Source: an uncultured virus (IMG/VR IMGVR_UViG_2740892240_000002)
Taxonomy: Duplodnaviria; Heunggongvirae; Uroviricota; Caudoviricetes
IMG/VR virus record: IMGVR_UViG_2740892240_000002
Span: 1 to 64,000 of that record
DNA length: 64,000 nt
Direction: 5' to 3' (one strand)
Every line of letters starts with the position of its first letter. Position 1 is the first letter of the stretch. Position numbers and translations under genes: made by a program. The notes under the pieces were generated by a model. That model did no database searches. It worked only from the letters and a program-made list of their open reading frames with translations, and was not told where the DNA came from. Below, piece after piece: positions 58,759 to 64,000 of this stretch.

Positions 58759-58803
58759 ACTATGCATTTAAACATATGAAAACTTGTTGCAAAATAACAG
58801 TTT

Positions 58804-58855
58804 TAGTTTATACTCCATACCGCTATAGAGTTCTCAAAGAGCCGTAAAGTTATAA
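58804..58855 (-). ncRNA. Conserved late-leader motif with boxA-like GGCTCTTTGAGAAC
   Basis: Near-identical to 24414-24466. Confidence 0.55.
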
Positions 58856-58859
58856 TATT

Positions 58860-58933
58860 TGATGAGAATATATGGTTTCGAACCATATTCTACTAATAAA
58901 TTTAGCTGTTTTCCCATATTAAACTATATCCTC
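58860..58933 (-). ncRNA. tRNA-like element with shortened anticodon arm
   Basis: Acceptor GAGGATA/TATTCTC; D stem GTTT/AAAC; T arm TATGG-TTCGAAA-CCATA; anticodon arm GCTAA-ATTTA-TTAGT. Confidence 0.72.
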
Positions 58934-59113
58934 ATATATAGATTAAATACAAATCTATCTTAATTATTTTATATAAAATAATGTAATCGATAGTAAGTAG
59001 TTAATATTGTATAATTTCTTTATACTAATATAATATCATACTTACTATCAATTTAATTCTTCACTTTTTCCGAAGTTTTTCTAAAAATATATACTCATTC
59101 AAGATTAAAATTT

Positions 59114-59599
59114 TTATCTACTATGATTTTCAAAATTATAAAGTGGAAAAATTATAGGTATAGATTTTTTTATCATATTTTCTCTTATGGAGTAATACGT
59201 ATCTTTTCCTACATTCATTTTTAATCCATATACTTGCCAATTTTTTATATTTTGTATGTATCTAATATTAAACATTTCATTTTCTTCTTTATTAAAGTTA
59301 TCTATAGCTCTCTCAACTCGTTTTATACTTACCTCTTTTTCATACTTTAATTGTTCTAATAACTGTAACTTCTTCTGTTTTTGAATAATTTCTATTTCAA
59401 CAGGTGAATTTATATTATCACTTTTTTGAACTTTTTCTAAATACTCAGTTGACCTAAAACCATTGTAATCAAACTTTATAAATTCTATCTCTTCTTCTAT
59501 ACATATAACTTCTCTTTTTAAATCTTTAAATTGATAAAATAGACTTTCAACTTTATTAAATAAGTTATGTTTTTTTGATACTTTTACTGTAGTACTCAT
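59114..59599 (-). CDS. ArpU/RinA-like late regulator
   Basis: Positional and architectural counterpart of 24677-25180. Confidence 0.7.
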   Translation of the reverse strand: MSTTVKVSKKHNLFNKVESLFYQFKDLKREVICIEEEIEFIKFDYNGFRSTEYLEKVQKSDNINSPVEIEIIQKQKKLQLLEQLKYEKEVSIKRVERAIDNFNKEENEMFNIRYIQNIKNWQVYGLKMNVGKDTYYSIRENMIKKSIPIIFPLYNFENHSR

Positions 59600-59615
59600 A
59601 ATATCACCTCTATTA

Positions 59616-60020
59616 TTATTCTAATTCTTCGATTATAACTTCAACTCTAGGATTATTATCAAAGTATTTATTTGCAATTAATTCAACAATTTGTGTATCA
59701 TCATTATAAGCAACTTTATTTAAAGCATCACATATTATTTTTACAACATTATCTATGTCTGGCTTAATATTAAAAGGTCTTACTTTACCACTTAATTTTG
59801 ATTCTTTTAGCTTTTTATTATCACTTTTAGCTATTTTATAATAGCAATTTATAGTTAGTTTTATAGCTTCAGAAAAATAAGGTTTATTTTCTGCTCTATA
59901 TAATAGTTTTATATAATTTTCATAAATAATAGTTTCTTCTGGTGTTCTTATTTTTCCATAACTTAACCTTGGTCTATCCTTTCCTTTTGGTTTTCCATTT
60001 ATAATAAATTTAGCTTTCAT
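59616..60020 (-). CDS. rusA: RusA-family Holliday junction resolvase
   Basis: KPDIDNVVKIICDALN...DDTQI. Confidence 0.92.
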   Translation of the reverse strand: MKAKFIINGKPKGKDRPRLSYGKIRTPEETIIYENYIKLLYRAENKPYFSEAIKLTINCYYKIAKSDNKKLKESKLSGKVRPFNIKPDIDNVVKIICDALNKVAYNDDTQIVELIANKYFDNNPRVEVIIEELE

Positions 60021-60029
60021 ACTAATCTC

Positions 60030-60248
60030 CTAATAATTTTTCGAATTAAAATCATCTTCATTTGATTCTCCACCTTTAATGCCCCATACACTCATTACCT
60101 TATCAGCACTTTGTGGATAATTTATTTTCCCATTTATCTCTTTACCACATATACACTGAGCTAAAGCCATATAATTTGGATATGTTTTTGAGTCACTAGG
60201 CTTAAAAAATGTTTTTTGTACACTGGGTATGTACGCTTCTTTTTTCAT
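60030..60248 (-). CDS. Hypothetical phage protein (paralog of 25986-26207)
   Basis: Shared motif. Confidence 0.7.
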   Translation of the reverse strand: MKKEAYIPSVQKTFFKPSDSKTYPNYMALAQCICGKEINGKINYPQSADKVMSVWGIKGGESNEDDFNSKNY

Positions 60249-60367
60249 AAATCTGCCCTCCATAAATTTTTAAATTAACACTTTATTTTAATTTATAAAC
60301 TTGTTGTTTGTTTTTTATAAATATTTAATTTAATAATATTGTTTTTTCATATTTATAAGTTATAATT

Positions 60368-60907
60368 TTAACAATTAAATTTCTTATTATCTTTAATTTC
60401 TATTTTATATCTTTGCCTAAATAACCTTTTAGCTTCTATAGCTTGTTTTAAATTTCCTCGGCTAGCATTTAAGTACTCACATGCTTTATTAATGCTTTTT
60501 ATCTCAATAATTTCATTTTTCAAAGTATCTGTAATTCTAACTTCCTTACATTTTATCCTTTCAATATTCTCTGGTACTTCAATCATATATCGTTTTTTGA
60601 ATTTAATTTTATGTTTTATATATATAGTTATATCTGATCTTCTAATGTTTAAAAATTTACAACAATCATTTAATGTATTAAACTCATAAATCTTATTTTC
60701 AACCTCATCTGTAACCCTCGCTCTATGATTATAACTTTTTTTAGGGCTTTTAATATTCCTATATGCTCCACCCTCTCCATATCTAGCATCCTCTAAAATT
60801 ATATGTTTAATTGCTTTTCCAATACTTAATTTAGGGTTTAGTATACAAGCTAGTAATGCCATATAGTTTTCTGTAAAGTCAAAATCATATGTATTGCTAT
60901 ATTTCAT
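60368..60907 (-). CDS. NUMOD1-like repeat protein (paralog of 26200-26736)
   Basis: MKYSNTYDFDFTENYMALLACILNP. Confidence 0.65.
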   Translation of the reverse strand: MKYSNTYDFDFTENYMALLACILNPKLSIGKAIKHIILEDARYGEGGAYRNIKSPKKSYNHRARVTDEVENKIYEFNTLNDCCKFLNIRRSDITIYIKHKIKFKKRYMIEVPENIERIKCKEVRITDTLKNEIIEIKSINKACEYLNASRGNLKQAIEAKRLFRQRYKIEIKDNKKFNC

Positions 60908-60940
60908 ATCTGATAGCTTCTCCTTTTCTGCTTTTCATCT

Positions 60941-61735
60941 TTACTTAGCTTCATAAATTCTATAATTTAATTTTTTACCTTTCATTATAACTGTATAATT
61001 TTTGCATTTTTCATATAACCTAGACCCTATAGCTTCATCAATTTCTAATAAGTTACTCAATGATTTTTCAGTAGTAATTATCATGGGAAGGTTTTTGAAG
61101 TATCTATAATCAATTATTTCATACATTATGTTTATATCAGATTCAGTAATTCTTCCCTTAAATAAATCATCTATAAATAAAATCTGAGCTTCCTTATATT
61201 TGATTATTTCTCTTTGATAATTTTCTTCATCAGTTATACACTGCTTAATTTTAGTTATGATGTTTCTATAAGGCATATATATAACGCCTTTACCATCATC
61301 TAATAGTATATTTGATATAGCCATAGCTAAATGTGTTTTACCACTTCCAACTTGTCCCATTAGCATTATTGAATTTTGCTTCTTATTAATAATAGATTTA
61401 AATTCTTTAGAGTAAGTCTTTGATGTTACATACGCTTCCATTGCCTCAATACTACTTTCATACTTAAAATTTTCAAATCTCATTTTTCTAAATTCTTCAC
61501 TTATCCCTGATAGTTTTAACTTATTCTCTGCTATTCTTAAGTTTCTACATTTACATGGTGCAAAACTTCCATCATCTAGCTCTATAAAGAGCATATCTCT
61601 ACATTTAGAACACTTATATTCATTTTTTGCTAAGCTCTTTGCACTTTTCAAGCAATCTAATTTTTCTTGATTCTTCACTTTCTCTACTATCATTTGTACT
61701 CTTTTTTGTAGATTTATCTTTTCTTGTTCTAACAT
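60941..61735 (-). CDS. DnaC/IstB-like helicase loader ATPase
   Basis: CxxC...CxC; GQVGSGKT and FIDDL motifs. Confidence 0.92.
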   Translation of the reverse strand: MLEQEKINLQKRVQMIVEKVKNQEKLDCLKSAKSLAKNEYKCSKCRDMLFIELDDGSFAPCKCRNLRIAENKLKLSGISEEFRKMRFENFKYESSIEAMEAYVTSKTYSKEFKSIINKKQNSIMLMGQVGSGKTHLAMAISNILLDDGKGVIYMPYRNIITKIKQCITDEENYQREIIKYKEAQILFIDDLFKGRITESDINIMYEIIDYRYFKNLPMIITTEKSLSNLLEIDEAIGSRLYEKCKNYTVIMKGKKLNYRIYEAK

Positions 61736-62513
61736 ATAGATCATCTCCTTTATACAATTTGGCTTCTACATTTTTTTCTATATTTGATCTGTATAATTTT
61801 AATTTATCCACCGTAGTAATTCCAGCTTCTAACCACTTATTTATAATACCTTCTATGTAGTATATAGATTTTATATTTGATTTTATAGATATTCTCATTG
61901 CTTCTATAAATAACTCATTTTGTATTTTTTTTGATAATTTAACTATCCTATCTTGTTCAATTGAATTTAATATATAATTACTAGCTATTTCTCTTTTATA
62001 AAAGTTTATTATATCTTCTATAGTAGTCTCTTTTGTATTATCCAAATTATTTAAACTTATATTTTTAATATTGTTATTATTAAAGCTTTTATTATTAGGG
62101 GGGTTAATTTGATTACTATCAAGTTGACTACTATCAAATTGACCATTGTCAATTTGACTAGTATCATATTCTTCTCTTGCAACTTTTATTTCTCTAGTAT
62201 CCATTATTAATTCATATAAGTTGCTGTCATTTCTATTACCTTTTCGTCTCTTATAAACACGTATATATCCATGTTCTTTTAATTGTTTTATATTTTTATT
62301 AAATCTTCTCTCCGTTGTTGCTAGTTCAGCGAGCATTAATTCTTTTCCCGGAAAACAACTCCCATTACTTCCTGCAAAACTAGCTAAATATGCATATATA
62401 GCTTTTGCTTCTAAGCTTAACAATTTATCTCTAGTTATCTTTTTAGGAATTAAACCATATCCTTCATTTAAAATACTGGTACTTTGAAAATATGGTTTAT
62501 CTTTCACTTCCAC
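61620..62513 (-). CDS. Replication initiator (HTH plus DnaD-like domain)
   Basis: LSLEAKAIYAYL; YIEGIINKW...GITT. Confidence 0.85.
   Translation of the reverse strand: MEVKDKPYFQSTSILNEGYGLIPKKITRDKLLSLEAKAIYAYLASFAGSNGSCFPGKELMLAELATTERRFNKNIKQLKEHGYIRVYKRRKGNRNDSNLYELIMDTREIKVAREEYDTSQIDNGQFDSSQLDSNQINPPNNKSFNNNNIKNISLNNLDNTKETTIEDIINFYKREIASNYILNSIEQDRIVKLSKKIQNELFIEAMRISIKSNIKSIYYIEGIINKWLEAGITTVDKLKLYRSNIEKNVEAKLYKGDDLYVRTRKDKSTKKSTNDSRESEESRKIRLLEKCKELSKK
62109..62168. repeat. Four tandem 15-bp iterons (probable origin of prophage 2)
   Basis: ttgattactatcaag ttgactactatcaaa ttgaccattgtcaat ttgactagtatcata, next to an AT-rich stretch. Confidence 0.75.
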
Positions 62514-62551
62514 TATATTTCACCTTCTTTTGTATTAAATAGCCATTATCA

Positions 62552-63364
62552 TTATTGAGTAATATTTATTTCTTCACTTTCATCTTTTAATTCAAATCCA
62601 ACCTCAATAGGTTCTGTTTCATCTTCGATTAAACTCATATCTTCATCTATTTTAGATTTAACAGTTTCATCTGAGTTAACTGCCTTTTGAATTTCTATAC
62701 TTAGTGGAGCGTATTTTAAAAGTTGTTTTATAACAGTTTTCTTTGCCATTGCATTAAAATCAGTTTGCCAAGGTCCATTTTTAAAAGTCTTACTTTTACT
62801 TCTAGCATGGTTTAACACTTCTTCTTTAGTCATGAATATAAAACTATATCCACCTGAAGTTAAATGGTAAACTGAGTAATAACCTATAACTTCTCCTCTT
62901 TCCCCAGTTATTACAGGCTCATGTATAATATCTTGATTTAGTCCATACTTTACTTCAAACTTATCATTTTCTCTAACCTCATGTGCATATAAACTCTTTA
63001 TTTGTCCACTTCTTAATGCCAACTCCAGTAATCCCTTATATCCAATTTGAAATTGAACTTTATTACCATATGGAATTAGATAGGCTTGTCCTAGTGGTGT
63101 ATTTGGTTCTAAACCTAGTTGAGCTGAATCCATCATAGCTGCTAAAAAACTCATAGGATCACAACTTAAAAATTTAGAATTACTTCCAAATGCTGTTAAA
63201 ACTAGTCTTTGAAATCTCTCGCTTGATATATGTTCTGGTAAGGCTTTCTTTATTTGCCCTGACATTTGTCTCATTAATTGCTCCATAGCTTTATTTGGGC
63301 TAGATTTTTTGACATTTATTGTTTCTAATGCTTTATTTGCTAGTTTATTTTTTAAATCTGTCAT
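62552..63364 (-). CDS. recT: RecT single-strand annealing protein
   Basis: AQLGLEPNTPLGQAYLIPY, FQIGYKG and MAKKTV motifs. Confidence 0.95.
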   Translation of the reverse strand: MTDLKNKLANKALETINVKKSSPNKAMEQLMRQMSGQIKKALPEHISSERFQRLVLTAFGSNSKFLSCDPMSFLAAMMDSAQLGLEPNTPLGQAYLIPYGNKVQFQIGYKGLLELALRSGQIKSLYAHEVRENDKFEVKYGLNQDIIHEPVITGERGEVIGYYSVYHLTSGGYSFIFMTKEEVLNHARSKSKTFKNGPWQTDFNAMAKKTVIKQLLKYAPLSIEIQKAVNSDETVKSKIDEDMSLIEDETEPIEVGFELKDESEEINITQ

Positions 63365-63382
63365 TTTATATACCATCCTTTT

Positions 63383-64000
63383 TTATTTTTCTTTTCCAAT
63401 CTTAAAAATTCTTGAAGTACTAATTTTCATAAATTGCTCTGCTATATCTGGCATCTCAGCTTTTAATCTTCTACTATCTAAAGTTTTTCTAGAAGAATTT
63501 TTCCATGTTATTTTTCTAGTTCCTATTCTAGCTACTTCAAATTCTTCCATATGAGCTTGTATTTCTTGTTCTATTAATTTTTTCTCCTTCTCTAATTGTT
63601 TTATATCTGATAATATGTCATCATATCTTAAAAGCTTTTCTTTCCCATTTTCTAAAAAATGCAATTCTATTTCTTCATTATTAGAAAATTTATATTTCTC
63701 TTTTAAATACTCACTGTATGCATCTGATCCATCTGGTAAAGGTACAATATCTTTTAATATGTTTTCTTCCCAAAACCTTTTTTCTATTTGCATAAGATAG
63801 TTTATCGACTCTTCATCCCTAACTAATTTATGAAATAAGAATTCACTGTTCCCAATTAACACAGCTATATAGCAATGTGTAGCACCTGTTATAGCCATAT
63901 AATGTAAGCATTGAATTTCATAATGTATTGGAATCCCTTCTTGCCATTCTTTTAGTGAATATGAACCCGTTGTTTTACACTCTAAAAAAGCTTTTTCTCC
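63383..64000 (-). CDS. YqaJ-like exonuclease (5' end outside the window)
   Basis: Frame open to the window edge with LECKT and QCLHYM motifs; upstream of recT. Confidence 0.9.
   Translation of the reverse strand, partial: GEKAFLECKTTGSYSLKEWQEGIPIHYEIQCLHYMAITGATHCYIAVLIGNSEFLFHKLVRDEESINYLMQIEKRFWEENILKDIVPLPDGSDAYSEYLKEKYKFSNNEEIELHFLENGKEKLLRYDDILSDIKQLEKEKKLIEQEIQAHMEEFEVARIGTRKITWKNSSRKTLDSRRLKAEMPDIAEQFMKISTSRIFKIGKEK

Larger units (their letters stand above)
37725..64000. mobile_element. Prophage 2: compact contractile-tail (PBSX/Xkd-like) element; right end lies outside the window
   Basis: Recombination-replication-packaging-head-sheath-baseplate-fibre-lysis order; left junction in the SBP gene. 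Confidence 0.92.

Noticed and set aside
4207..63800. Numerous plus-strand ORFs antisense to structural and replication genes (e.g. 4207, 7273, 9988, 14467, 51165, 61627)
   Set aside because: Shadow ORFs of minus-strand genes with no RBS or recognisable motifs.
1..64000. CRISPR array or cas genes
   Set aside because: No repeat-spacer series seen; the tandem repeats found are origin iterons inside rep genes or operator arrays.

Overview
Very AT-rich clostridial (Clostridium sensu stricto-like) DNA almost entirely occupied by two adjacent, co-oriented prophages separated by only about 2.6 kb of host sequence. Prophage 1 (<1 to ~35137) is an HK97-capsid, cos-type siphovirus with a large serine integrase. 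Its right junction falls inside a host ABC-transporter ATPase gene, of which only the C-terminal 63 codons remain (35138-35329). The host island holds that remnant, the cognate permease, a nitroreductase and a substrate-binding lipoprotein gene, which is itself cut after about 182 codons by the left junction of prophage 2 (~37725 to >64000). Prophage 2 is a compact PBSX/Xkd-type contractile-tail element. Each prophage therefore appears to disrupt a different subunit of the same YtlA/C/D-like ABC transporter. Other highlights: (1) a four-gene ASCH + ASCH + NMP-kinase-like + GNAT/PUA cargo module between immA and the integrase, a candidate nucleotide/RNA-acetylation defence or toxin-antitoxin system; (2) a tRNA-like RNA with a shortened anticodon arm, followed by a boxA-like motif, conserved with compensatory changes in the late leader of both phages; (3) an identical C-terminal VSSEH tag on the capsid and tail-tube proteins of prophage 1; (4) a post-lysin cargo region with several structured ncRNA candidates, a small membrane peptide under an 11-bp-periodic regulator array and an amber-interrupted bacteriocin-like gene; (5) a UGA at a conserved Cys of the packaging HNH nuclease. 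All calls come from reading the sequence; no database searches or folding programs were run.
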